A DNA stretch of 64,000 nucleotides from Octopus vulgaris (Eukaryota), in the NCBI GenBank assembly GCA_951406725.2, contig OX597820.1, positions 91,884,001 through 91,948,000 of the forward strand. Reading direction: 5' to 3'. A model generated the notes under the pieces. It searched no databases. It saw only the letters and a program-made list of their open reading frames with translations, and was not told where the DNA came from. Positions 40,101 to 53,544 of this stretch are shown here, piece after piece. Every line of letters begins with the position of its first letter. Within the stretch, counting starts at the first letter, position 1. The translations under genes were made by a program, and so were the position numbers.

Positions 40101-41444
40101 GAACGGTAGAGGGCCGTTCTTCCCTAAGGAATCAGCGAATTTCAATATTGATATTCTCGTCCATAATGAGATTAGACTAGTTGACTATTAGATGAGGACG
40201 TCAGATAGTAGAGAATACTTAAACGATCAGAAGAACAACAATGATATGCAATATTAGTGATCATGTAGCAGATATATTTAAGAAAAAAATTGTTGTCATA
40301 CTGGCTGATGGTTATTCATATAACCCTCACAATAGCTAACCTCTTATATAACACGTTACATCTTAAAACAGGAAAGCCCCATTCCCCCTCAGTTACAAGC
40401 AATATTGTTTCTCTCATTTTATTCCGTTTAAGAAGTCGACACGATGAGAACCACTTCACGTGAAAGAATACACTGAATCGCTTTCTGCCACTACTTGAGA
40501 CGTCCTCAAAACAGTATGGCAGGATTTATGCCTAAATGTACAAAACAACAAGGTACTGTTTAATTATATAAGAAACTAGCTGCCCAGAGTTTTAAGAAGA
40601 AAAAAAAACAAGCAAATTGAAGTTATATTGAGTTACGAGGAATTAGTCGATGAAGGTTTGTTATGTTGTATAATAAATCAACAAAAATCTGTTGACCTTT
40701 CAAACATTATTCCAGCAGCTAATCATATGGAACAGATGTGACACTAATCAATACTTATAATAATCAATTATTTAGCATAATTCTGAATTGATACTTTATA
40801 TATACATATCACTCTCAGAAGTGGACATTACCTCCGAAGAATTATATATACATCAAGAATCTAGCAAACTGTCTAAAGGGAAGTTGTCCACAAAGAAGCT
40901 CTAAATATTGTTTTGGTATCGTTACATGTTTTGAGCAATTAACACCGATGTTGATAATAAGTAATATCAGCTTGCAACTGGTTTAACTCTTTCATGCAGA
41001 ACATTTATCGACATGCGTGACATGTTTTCTGAATATTTAAGTTATGCAGGGATACATCATTTGTTGTTCAATCAAAATATGAAATTGAGGTTATTTTAGA
41101 GCAACGAGATTTTTACTGATAGAGAGACAGATTCAGCACTGATAACAGAGTCAATTTTATTACAAGATTCGTGTTGGCTGAGATTTACACCACGTCTGAC
41201 AGCTTATCCAACCGGGAAACAGAAGGAATGTTTCACTAAAAGGCAGCACTCTATATGTGTTAATTTCCATATGTTGTCAAAATTTCTTGGAAAGAAATGC
41301 TTATTTTTATCTGTTGTATAAAACAGTGTAAAGGTCGAAAAGCAAATTTAGTACTAAATATCAGAAACAAATTTAAATGTAAGAGAGGGGAGTCAGGTAG
41401 GTAATGAAGCATTACAAGATGAGTGAGCAAATGGAAAATATATA

Positions 41445-42341
41445 CTGGGTGTCCCAAAAGAAAGGGATGGGTTTCAATTTTTATTAACTTCCGTAACTTT
41501 ACAAATAAATACATAAAATGTTGATACAACATAAAAGACGGAATAGAAATTCATATGCACAAATCAAATTTTGCAACACCACTACATCACATATGAAAAA
41601 GGACATCGATTAAATGGCAGTTCTTTTCGGTTTCGCGCGCCTATGCTCTTTCCAAAACTTGCACCATAATACCCTCAAGAGTTTTAAACTCCACTTGTTT
41701 GATTTCTTTATTGATGTTCTCCTTCAGTTGCACAAGGGTTTCCGGTTTCTTGACGTAAACCCTCTCTTTCAGGTAACCCCACAAGAAAAAAATATCCGAG
41801 CTTGTCAAGTCTGGGGAACGTGAAGGCCATTCAAAGTAGACCTCACACATGGTTCTAGCAAGATGGGGCAACTGCTCATACCGCAAGAGAAACAATTCAA
41901 TGCTACGACAGTCCTTTGGAGAGAGAATAATTTCCCGCTACGGCAATGTCAACTGATCTTCACGTTCCCCAAACTTGACTGTCCCAGATTTTTTGTGGTA
42001 TGGATACTGGAAAGAGAGGGTGTACATCAACAAATCGGAGACCCTGGTGCAACTGAAGGAGAACATTAATACAGAAATCAGAAAAGTGGGGTCTGAAACT
42101 CTTGAGGATGTTATGGTGCAAGTTTTGGAAATAGCACGGGCGTGCGGAGCCGAAAATAACTGCCATTTAAGCGATGTTCTTTTTTCATATGCGATGTAGT
42201 GGTGTTGCAAAATTAGACTTCATATTAATTTCCATTATATCTTTTATATTGTATCAAACTTTCATGCATTTATCTGTGAAGTTACGAAAGTTATTATAAA
42301 TTGAAACCCATCAGTTTTTTTTTGGGGGGGTGGACACCCTG
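41445..42341. mobile_element. Foldback Tc1/mariner derivative made of two inverted 3' ends
   Basis: Arms of about 380 bp are inverted. Termini ctgggtgtcc / ggacaccctg. Both arms encode SP.LT..D.F.WGY.KERVY on opposite strands. WF*QDGATAHTA occurs at about 41850 (+). Confidence 0.85.
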
Positions 42342-43739
42342 CATATAAAAAATATATAAGGAAATATATCTATAAAAACTCTATAACAGAATAATCAAAG
42401 TAATAAAGCGCAACAGTTGATAAAATCATAACAAATAAAGGTTTGAATGAATGGATTATAGATAAGTGAATGTAGGTTAAATGAATTGTAATCGGTTAAT
42501 TGTTAAAAATGAATTGGCAAGATACTCGCGCGGCTAGTTATGTGTACTTGAAGATTAACAAGAATTTTATTCCGAAAAAGAGTTACAGTGAAACTAAGTA
42601 ATGTAAATAAATATAACTGTTTGTGTGGATGTGTGATGATTAAAAACTGTTTGCATTAAAATTAATTAGTTTCCGATAAGTTTTAAGATAAGTGTTAATT
42701 TATCATATATCTCTGAAGTAGGTTTAAGAAAAAACAAAATGTAACAGTATAAAAGTCACGTGTCTGTATGCATTTATATGCGTGTGTGTCGAGGGTGAAA
42801 TATTGTAAATAATTTTGCTAAACTATTAAAGCTACTAAGTAAAGTAGATATGCAAATAAAATATAAAAAGGTAAAATTCAACGAAGTTGAGAATTTTTAT
42901 ACTATACAGTACTATAGAATATTCATAGCTGATACAAAAACACACAAAATAAAAATATGGAGTTTAGCGTATACCTACATTAAATCTTAATTACGGAAAG
43001 CAAAATTATTTTCATTAAGTGATGTCACTTGGAAAATTTTCATTTTATATTAAGCTATACCAACACAACAAAAAACTTGCTTAACTAAAATATACGAAAT
43101 TTTATTTTCTGAAGTAAGTCACACACACACACAAACACACAGACACGCCTGTGAGGTATTTGAGTATTACTTGAGAATTGTTTAGCAGTTAAGCACTCAC
43201 ATAAGAGTTTTTGAGTTTACGTTCTTGTTTATCGGTCTATATTCTTATATGCGTCTCTCCTCTCATCATCGTTCCCTTGTTTACTATTAGTCCTCTCTTC
43301 CGTTTGTCATTTGTTTCTCTTTCTCTCTGTATATTCCTTCTTTTGTTTTGTTTCCTTCATTCTTCCTTTCTCAACCTGCTCACAACACTTTACTGCCCAG
43401 AAAAGATATAAATATCTATTGATATAATTACAGGACAAATAATATTACAGTAGATATATGTCACTTAGATAACTTAAGTATTAGCCGTTATTGACTCACA
43501 CCATGTCAAGCTTATTAGTACCATCCAGGATAATCTCTTCAGCCATGTCTTCAAGCACCATAATCCTCTTAATGAGTTGTTTGCAGAGATATATCTCGTT
43601 GCAGCTGGTTTTGTATTTCTTGGAATAGTTTCTCCTGGTAGTTTTTGTTAACATTGTGTGGACATTTGTTCTTTGATTTTCTTTTTACTGAATATTATTG
43701 AATAAGGCAAGAGCACGCGACGTATAAAAGTTGTATCAC

Positions 43740-44900
43740 AGTATTATTATGTGGTATGACCTCCAAATTTTGCAGAAGGCGTATGGCTTTTTATTCCCAC
43801 ACAGGCATGGTTTGGATAGTATGGATAGAATATCTTCCACATTGTACAAATTTTCTACCGCCAGCAGTGGTTTTGAAGAAAATATATGTTGAGCATTTTG
43901 AGGCGATTTCCATAGCCAAGGCCTGTCAGGACAGCTGTAGCTTACAACAGAAATCGATGCTGGACAATCTCTTCGACAAAATTCTGTGTCCCACTGTGTC
44001 GAATGCTTGGCTGAAATCAAGATAAATAACGTTTTTACTGCATTCCTCCCCAAGAACATTTAGGATGCCATCAAATTCATGGAGGAGCTGAATTAGGTAG
44101 TTTCTGCCATCACGGAAAGCATGTTCGTTCGGATCAAGGAACTGATTTTTCTACTAGTATATTGTTAATTTTGATGTCAGCAACCTCATGAACTTTAATG
44201 ATAAGAGAGGTTAGTATGTATTTGTGTTAATGGTTCATTAGGTGATGGGGGGATTAGCACATATGTGAATGAAAGTGTCTGTAAAAAGGTGGTAAATGAA
44301 TTTTATTTTGGTGTAACAGAGTGAAGGACCAACCTACATGTGTGACTGTACTTCAGTTCGCTTTATATATCTCTATGTTGTCAGCGTTTGCCAAGGGATT
44401 AGTGATTTGGATGTAATCGTAGAATATCGTCAGTGGGTGTTTCGACTGTAATATAACTATTGTTGGCACGATTTGGGGGACTCATTGACTCCAGTAGTTA
44501 TTTCACCAGGAAATGAATCATTCATAAATTTGAAAAGCACCTCAATTGCTGCTTTGTTCGAGATTAAGATGGAAACTCTTGCTTTCAGAATATTCAAAGA
44601 CCAATGCATAAAGGGAAAAATGAAGACACCCACCATTAATGTTACCAGATTTTAATTGTTGGATGAAAAGTTGAACATCTTGAATATAATCTTAGAAGCA
44701 GAATAAAGGTGCATGAGAAGATCTGTACAACCCAATTGCTGACAAGTCGTTGGCTTTGTTGAACATGGACACTGACTCACAGTAACCAAAAGAAATCATG
44801 TCTTTAAAATTGGTAATGTGAGAATCGTGGACAAAATTAGCAATACCTCTTTTCTTCAACCTGCGCCCCCCCCCCCCTCAACAGTGGAAAAATCTCTTTC
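43740..44900 (-). mobile_element. Decayed, internally deleted CR1-clade LINE
   Basis: Minus-strand peptides in order: KKRGIANFV / GLYRS (APE endonuclease), VIYLDFSQAFDTVGH (RT), YGNRLKMLNIYFLQ...MWKIFY (C-terminus). Confidence 0.7.
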
Positions 44901-45612
44901 GCCACAGCGACTAAGTGAAAGTTTTTACGACAGTTCTCAGCTAAGATGAAGAAGAATATTGGGCTTAGCTGACCGGCAACCCAGCTCTCCATATATAAGA
45001 CTTCATATTCTTGTGCATTTTATAGATGGGTTGATCCACTGAACATTTAGCAATTTTGTGGATGCTAAGGTAACTGATTTACTCTGTCGTTTCAGGGACT
45101 TATATATCAATGATGCACTTATATATTAATGATGTACACAAATACATGACAGGTATTCATAATACTGAAACACGCATAATGTAAACACATGCAGACAAAT
45201 ATATTAATATAGCAACTTAAAACAAAACTAATAAAACTTTACAATCAATGAAGAGACAAAAGAAACAGTAAGAGGATACATGTTGATTTTATTAAGTATT
45301 TTTGTTTATTTAGAAAACTACAAATAAGAGGTCATTTCATAGACGCTAAACTATAAATTTCACAGGGTACAACTTTAAAGTAGACACCGCTCCGCTAAAC
45401 GCAGAAAATTTGTATCGCGCTATTGGCTAAAAATATATATCTTTTTTTTTTCGATTTTTAAACCTCTATAACATTTTTCTCCAAATTTTTTGCTCCAATA
45501 CATCATACCTTCAAAGCAATGAGACTGGAAGGTTACATTATTATAGCTGATTTTCAGATTGCTTGCTGTCTTTTAAAAACTGCATATTTTGCGAATGAAA
45601 AAACTAGATATA

Positions 45613-45775
45613 GGCGCAGGAGTGACTGTGTGGTAAGTAGCTTGCTTGTCAACCACATGGCTACGGGTTCAGTCCCGCTGCGTGACACCTTGGGCAAGTG
45701 TCTTCTGCTATAGCTTCAGGCCGACCAAAGACTTGTGAGTGGATTTGGTAGACGGAAACTGAAAGAAGCCCGTCG

Positions 45776-45822
<47 letters not shown>

Positions 45823-46043
45823 TATGTATGCATGTGTGTATTTGTGTGTCTGTGTTTGTCCCCCCAATATCGCTTGACAACCGATGCTTGTGTGTTTACG
45901 TCCCCATAACTTAGCGGTTCGGCAAAAGAGACCGATAGAATAAGCACTAGGCTTACAAAGAATAAGTCCTGGGGTCGATTTGCTCGACTAAAGGTGGTGC
46001 TCCAGCATGGCCGCAGTCAAATGACTGAAACAAGTAAAAGAGA
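45613..46043 (+). mobile_element. SINE family A, full length
   Basis: ggcgcaggagtgactgtgtggtaag...gggttcagtccc...accttgggcaagtg...gactgaaacaagtaaaaga. Confidence 0.9.
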
Positions 46044-46159
46044 GAGTATTCTTTCTACTCCTAACCAGCAAAGCGAATTTAGTAGAACTGAATTAATCAT
46101 GGAAATGGTAAGTACTAGTATAATGTCTCTAGTACTTCTGATGTGTGGAGACACATGTC

Positions 46160-46437
46160 CTAGTGAACTCGCGGTCGAGGGATCGCAGGTTCGAATCACA
46201 GACCGGGCGATATGTGTGATTTTGAGCGAAGCACGTAAGATCCACGCGGCTCCGGTAGAAGGTAATGGCGAACTTCTGCTGACTCTTTCGCCACAACTTT
46301 CTCTCACTCTTTCCTCCTGCATCTTGCAGCTCACCTGCGACGGACCGGCGTCCCGTCCAGGTGGGGAACCTATACGCCAAGGAAACCGGGAAACCGGCCT
46401 TATGAGCCAGGCATGGCTTGAGAAGGAACAAATAACA
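46160..46437 (+). mobile_element. tRNA-derived SINE, family D (Meta-domain-like)
   Basis: B box ggttcgaatcac and central cctgcgacggaccggcgtcccgtccagg...gaaaccgggaaaccggcc. Confidence 0.55.
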
Positions 46438-47236
46438 TGTGATGTGGGTGAAAAAGCAATCACGTAGTAAGCATGTTCACTTGTGTTGACAGTAGCGACA
46501 GATCTGGGGTTTCTACTTTATTCGTGAGTGGAGAGTATACAAATTGTGTATTTATGGATGTTCTTGAAATTATTGATTTTGGAAATGGTGTGGGACCAGA
46601 TAGATTGCGTGTTGAAGGTAATATCATAGCTCTTGTTCTAGCTGGTTCTATTGAAACTGTGCTGTTGGTAGACGTGTTGTTTGTTTGACAAAGACTTATT
46701 CTTCCTTGTGGAGACAGTAGAAGTAGTGATAGTAGAAACAAAAGATTGTGATGGTGATGGTGGTGACGGCAACGAGGTTGGTATTGCTGACGTTGCTGGT
46801 GAGTAAATACGTCAGTTACCGGAGGAGTGGGGAGGCACAGTAAATGAAGGATGAAAAGAATGAGCTGCGCTAGCATTGATGGAATGGGCAGCCACAAGTT
46901 CATGAAGGTTACAGTTAAGTAGTGGTTTTTTCTGTTGTTGTTCATTTTGTTATTATTACTACTGAACTGTACCAAACAAATGAATAATTGAATGCAGTTA
47001 TTAGAAGTGCTTTTTAATAAGAATAAAGGCATTTGAAATCTATTCCGTTTGTTTTCAATTCGTCTTGCCGATCGCTTATTGAAATGTAGGACAATTTTGG
47101 CAACAATGCCATTGAAATATGATAAATGGGTGTCTCCTAATACGGAGACATCTATCAAGGCATCGACCAGCCTATTAGTCGCACTCTTTAACCAAGTACG
47201 ATAGTAGAAAGCATTATTATTATCGTTAACATTATT

Positions 47237-47868
47237 AGGGCGGTGATCGGGGAAAATCGTTAAAACAACCGGCAAAATGCTTAGCAGCATTTCGTCTGTC
47301 TTTACGTTCACAGTTCATATTCTACCGAGGTTGACTTTATTTTTCATCCTTTTCGGACCGATAAAATAAGTACCAATTGAGCACTGGTGTTAATCTAATC
47401 GACGTACTCCCAAAATTGCTAGTCTTAGGCCAAAATTTGAAATCATAATTAGGTGATCCTTCGGTTAAACTCGACAACACACACACACACACAACCCATT
47501 AGCTTTCTTCTCCTCCCATTTTAGTAGCTATCACAGAAGCTGCCACGGAGGTCACGAAGATATCCGAAGTGAATGTCGAGTTGTCACGGAAACAAGCGAG
47601 GTCTTGTTATTGTTTTGTCAAGTTAAACCGAAGGATCACCCATAATTATCAAGGCTACGAGTTGGCAGAATCACTATCTCGCCAGAAAAAAATATTTAGC
47701 GACATTTCTTTCGGCTTTATGTTTCGAAGTTCAAATTCTGCTGAGGGTGACTTGGCATTTTATCGTTTCGAGGTCGACGAAGTAAATACAATAACGCATA
47801 TAGGTTTCCATGTAATCGACTAACCACTCCGGCTCAAATTTCAGGCCTTGTGCTTATAATAGAAAGAA
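47237..47868 (+). mobile_element. Two SINE family B copies (47237-47445, 47655-47868) flanking a MITE
   Basis: Family B motifs are present in both segments. Confidence 0.7.
47452..47640. mobile_element. MITE with 26-bp TIRs and 8-bp TSD (Merlin-like)
   Basis: ggtgatccttcggttaaactcgacaa / ttgtcaagttaaaccgaaggatcacc match at 24/26. TSD cataatta at 47444-47451 and 47641-47648. Confidence 0.8.
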
Positions 47869-48899
47869 TTATTATTGTTGTTGATAGTGTTATATTTTTT
47901 CTCCCTAGTTAAAATTATTCTGGTGAGATATTTTGATGCTTATGTGTCGAAATAGATGAATGCAGTACGATGCTGAGAAGTGTTTTTCTTAAGTACTTGA
48001 AAGTTAAGGGAACAAAAAAAAAAAAAGCATTTGTTTGTAAGACAATATCGAATATGCAGATATCAAATCCCTTCAGATTATTATTTATGTGAAAATGTAT
48101 GGGCATATTTTCCAATAATCTATATTGAGAAGCTGGAAAAGTCCTTTATTTATGTGTGTGTGTGTGTCTGTATGTATTTCTGAGTGTGTTTAAGCCAGAT
48201 GGACACTTGTTTCCGTTTCTAAATGGAAAATTACGTAGTTAAAATATTAAGCATTCACAGAAAGTATTTATGTCGAGTTTCAAAAGAATTTCAGAGAACA
48301 AAACTTAAAAATTCTTCAGTGAAATAAATCCTCGAGAATTCCTGTGGCCTGTGCTACTTGACTTGAGAACAGCAAGAGCACCTCTATCTGGTCTTTTACT
48401 CCACCCCCCCTCTCTCTCTCTGTACGTATATATATTTGTGCAAGTCTGTTTATAAGGAGGATGACACGCATACACATATTCAGATATCCTTAATGGTACT
48501 ACACAATAGTTTCAATTATATCATAGCGCTCGAAGCATTGTATATTTATCTACTCTACAAAATAATACGAGCATCTAAATGCATCTTACCTACTAAATAT
48601 ACAGGACAGACAATGAAAACGAAGACGGAAGGATCACAACTGCCACACTTGAGCAATATATAATTGAAGACGGACGCTGTTGGCTCTATAAAATCAATAT
48701 ATATCTTTGTTATGTCTTTTTTTTTTCTTTTTTTAGTCATTAGACGGCAGACATGCTGGGACACTGCCTCGAATAATTAGACAAAGTACTGCTTTTCTGA
48801 AAAGCAATTTCTCTTTCTGTCGGATACTGAACTTTTAGGTTACGGGAACGTAAATAAATCAACACTTTGACAAGTGGTAGTGGAGGACAAGCAAAGGCA

Positions 48900-49570
48900 T
48901 ATATTTGTATGCATACAACAAAATACCTGAGGAACAAAAGGGACAGAGATGCAGGAAAACTGAGTAAAATGTGACAAGCGATGCAGACGTTGTGGAGTCA
49001 ACACCGAAGATATCACCCACATCATAAGCATTTTGCCGAAAATGTCATCACGGTTTAATCTACCAATGAGACATGATGTTGTAGTTAGGAGGCTCTATAA
49101 CGAAATCCGTCAGAACGATAACCTAGAGGACAAAGAAATAACAACCCACAGCATGGTAGAAGCCATAACCACTCATGACAAAAAGGAGTATTGGTGGAAT
49201 GTCCCAGTGAAGACCTCAATAAAATGTAAGCACAACAGGCCTGATGTAAGGATTTGGGATGAAGAGAAACTGTGTACAGTTGTGGGAATTAGCTGCCCAC
49301 CGGATGTTAACATAAAGCTGAAGACCAGTGAGAAAGAGAACACCTAGGCCGAACTATTGACAAATTTGCAGTACTCTATCCAGATTACATGTTCATGTTT
49401 ATACCTATAATTATTTGGTTCCGGGGATATGCAGTACACTGCCTAAATACCAATTTTGAGAAATCAGGCTTCTCAAAACCAGAAAGGAGAAAGCTAATCC
49501 GAAGATTACATATCCAATTCATCACTGGAACTGTAAAAAATCTGAAAACTTTCCAGAAGTTTAGCATTTT
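48900..49570 (+). mobile_element. RLE-type non-LTR retrotransposon (R4/Dong-like) 3' fragment
   Basis: CRRCGVNTEDITHII zinc knuckle, RHDVV, HNRPDVRIWD and GISCP...K..EK restriction-like endonuclease motifs. Stops and frameshifts present. Confidence 0.8.
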
Positions 49571-50040
49571 AATATATATGAGCATGCCTAGATATGCAAC
49601 TATGTGCAAAGCAAAACATATAAATCTGCACATATACATACACACACATACATACATTCATGTGTGTGTGTGTTTGTATACAACGAGCTTCTTTCATTTC
49701 CGTCTACCAAATATACTCAAAAGACTTTGGTCGATCCGTGGGGGCTATAGCAACTGAGACTGATCCCAGAACCATATGGTGGGAAAGGAGTTTCGACACA
49801 CACAACTGCACCTGCGCATGTATAATTATTACTACCAAATTTGATTATATAACAAAGTTCTACTTATTTATAAAATACTATATTAGATAAGGCGAAACAT
49901 TTCTGCGTCTCAGAATAAGAAGCACTCACAATTTTTAATTTATGACTTTATCGAATTTTACAGCTATTAATTACGAATTATTTAATCGCTCACCTTAGAT
50001 CAATTACTGACATCTTATCACACATTATCTTAAATATATA

Positions 50041-50608
50041 TTGGGTTGTCCGGAAAGTTCGTGGCGATTTTTAAAGGAAAGAAAAAGGTCAATAAATACT
50101 TGCCATTACATTTTTATTCAAATAAATATGAACCATTTTGTTGCACAATGCGTCTCCATCTTTCCTTTAACTTGAAAATACCCTCTTCCAAGAACTGAGG
50201 TTTTTTTCATGGCAAAGAATTCATCAAGGCATCTTTTTTACGTCATCCAAGGAATTAAGACTTTTACCATCAAGACTATTCTGCAGAGACCTGAACAAGT
50301 GGAAATCCAAAGGAGCAATATCTGGTGAATATGGAGGGTGGGGTTACACATCCCAGCCGAGCTGCAGCAATTTTTGTCTGGTTCCCAAAGCATCAAGTGC
50401 CGAAAATGAACTTTCTTATCTTCCATTTTAAAGGGTTACAGAATTAACACAGGTTATAGGAACATAAATCTTCTTCCACGAAAAGATAGCTTAAACTGTG
50501 CTCCAAATGGAGGTGTAGTTAAATACTATTTTATGGACTCAACCATATTCTAAAATAAGTCGAAATATAAGCTACTGTAAATCGGCACGAACTTTCCGGA
50601 CAACCCAA
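50041..50608 (-). mobile_element. Internally deleted mariner element
   Basis: About 30-bp TIRs ttgggttgtccggaaagttcgtggcgattt with TA TSD. MEDKKVHFRHLML N-terminus is fused to HPPYSPDIAPLDFHLFRSLQNSL. Confidence 0.9.
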
Positions 50609-51187
50609 TAATTTCGACTTAATGTTGTCGCTATTCACAGTAAGATTAGACTTTACGCACATCATTCCGTTTCCTAAAATACAACTAATTTTAATTATTA
50701 TTTGCATCCAACAATATTTGAAATTATATTTATCAGCGAAAAACATAAGAACTTTTGATTGAAGCAATGGATTTAAAATTATTTCCGGGAGAAAAAGATC
50801 TAACAAATGTTTCAAGTTTAAAGACCATCGCACTTTCTATTTGATAAATATTTATATTTGTCATCATTAACCTATATAGAAATATTAATTGTATACGATC
50901 TTAAGCATAAAATTGTGTTTTATTTGCATACTGAACATAACCCCCACGCACACAGGAACACACGAATTTTTACACAGACACATACACACACAGAGGTATA
51001 TATATATATATATATAAAAATATATATATATATATAATAAATGGTACAAAATATGTACTCCGAAGAAATTCAAAGGATAGCGTAATCCAACGGTAGGTTA
51101 TTCCTGTGTTTTCGGAAATCCAAGAATTAGGTAGTCCAAATAGTCATCAGAATGGCATGCATGTATGTATGTATGTGTGTATGTATG

Positions 51188-51571
51188 TAGGAGTGGCTGT
51201 GTGGTAAGTAGCTTGCTTACGAACCACATGGTTCCGGGTTCAGTCCCACTGCGTGGCATCTCGTCAAGTGCCTTCTACTATAGCCTCGGGCTTACCAAAG
51301 CCTTGTGAATGGATTTGGTAGACGGAAACTGAAAGAAGCCCATCGTATATATGTATATGTGTGTGTGTATTTGTGTGTCTGTGTTTGTCCCCCCAACATC
51401 GCTGGACAACCGATGCTGGTGTGTTTACGTCCCCGTAAATTAGCGGTTCGGCAAAAGAGACCGATATAATAAGTACTAGGCTTACAAAGAATAAGTCATG
51501 GGATTGCTTTGCTCGACTAAAGGCGGTGCTCCAGCATGGCCACAGTCACATGACTGAAACAAGTAAAAGAG
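51188..51571 (+). mobile_element. SINE family A, full length
   Basis: Near-identical to 45613-46043. Confidence 0.9.
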
Positions 51572-52499
51572 CAAAGGGTATATATGTATGTATGTATGTA
51601 AAGAAGTTGAAAAGGCACTGGGATTCGTTCATTTTTTTTATTAGAAAGTTTTTTAAGATATAACCAGTTTTACAGTCTTCTCTGCTTTTCAAAAGTCGAG
51701 GTAGAAAGACGTGGAGCTATGCTGCAACTGATTGGTGTTCATAAGTGCAGTCTTGTTTTTATAGAGAGAACATGACACAAATTAGTATCCGCTTCATCCG
51801 TTCTTTAGTGTCATGCGATAATGGTTATCGGCGTAATATAAAGCTGTCACAGTTGAGTGAACCTATCTAGCGCCAATCCCAAGCAATCAAGGCTGTCTGA
51901 ATTTTATCTTTCAAAAGAGGTAGAGGAAATGTTTACGTGCGCACATGCAAACGTACAAACAAACACACACAAACACAAGTCTACCTATTCACCTATAGGC
52001 ATTTATTAATTTCAGTTGCGTATTTGTCAAATAATTTGAGCTAAGATTGCATTGTGGAATTAAATCAGTTACATCGTGATAGATTAGTGAAAGACAATAA
52101 AAAATTATGCTTTAATATTAAGTCATTGTTTTTCTTTGTGATATTTCCACATATTGTTAATTTCTAAAATATTACATCATACTTCTACGCCATGTATACT
52201 GTGACAGTTTGATTAAACGTGATATATACAAATAGAGTTATGTTAAATTTCTTCCAACCTTATGAAATTTCACAAAATTGCAGCAGGTTATTTAATTTTT
52301 GCATGCTGATAACGAGAATCACTGATATTTTTTCTAAAATTTATTGAGGTAACAGTCACAAACATTAAAAATTATATAATCTAGGTTAAGGGAAGTTTCG
52401 ATTGCCTAATATACCGGACGTCATGAATCTCTGCTCTCTTGGCAACAGTATACATGAAGCCTTTACGTCGTCAATAAACCCGTTAGAAATAGCACCAAA

Positions 52500-52830
52500 T
52501 TTACCTTAAACTACACTACAACGTCTGAAAAAGAAACGAAAGGGATGAACATTGTGCCACATATACTCTATGATTTTAAGGTCGTGACTTAAAAATAAAA
52601 GACTGATGTTATCAATATTGATGTTATTAATATTGCTCAACAAGCAGAAACCCCATGTATCTGATTCAAGCGAGAAAATAAATGATGCTGCGGCATAGTG
52701 AATCGACCTTGTTGTGTTTAAAGTCTTACAGTCAAGTTTAAGGAAGATTTGGCTGTTATTTCTAGCATATCCAGCTGTTATTTCTAAGTCCGCCATCACT
52801 GATTCCCATGACGACAGACAATTTCAACCT
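52500..52830 (-). mobile_element. Possible ancient Tc1 transposase remnant
   Basis: ESVMA...TLNTTR...SHDLKIIEYMW resembles GSVMVW...LN..RY...SPDLNPIENLW. Confidence 0.3.
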
Positions 52831-53385
52831 ACGTTATGCTGGCTATTAACGCTTTCCATTAGATAAATTACATATCATAAATGCTTGTAACCTAATAAAT
52901 TCTAAAAAAGATTTTTTAGACTTTTGCGCATTACGTAAAATCTTTATGATTTCTCCTAATTTTGATTAAACCCTCATTACTTAGCTGTGCTAGAAGCTTT
53001 CTTTTCTCTATTCTCCTTGTACCATTCTCTCTGTCTCAGCATATTTCCCCCTCCGCTGCCTCTATTCCTTTCTTTCATTGCTTGTCTCTTTTAGGAAAGC
53101 GCGTCATGTTTTTTTTCCCTTTATCGATGGATGGTCACATAGATCATATTAAGTCAGACATAAGATGAAAAATGTTTATATTATTATTTATTCTATGTAC
53201 ATAATAAATGGAAATATAGCTCTCGTATAGCAGAACTCTCGAAAAATAATTTGAATGGAGAAATAATATAAAATTATAGACTTGTGAATTTGTTTCAAAT
53301 CATACGCACACATATGTGCGTGTGTGTGTGTTTGTGTAGCCATTTATGAATATATATACTTACATATATACATCCATATACTTGT

Positions 53386-53544
<159 letters not shown>

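Noticed and set aside
43480-43560. CTGAAGA on the minus strand as a possible hammerhead core
   Set aside because: No correctly placed GAAA or helix I partner.
46460-47311. 283-aa ORF, the longest in the window
   Set aside because: It starts inside an antisense SINE, is low-complexity and trinucleotide-derived, and has no domain. Probably spurious.
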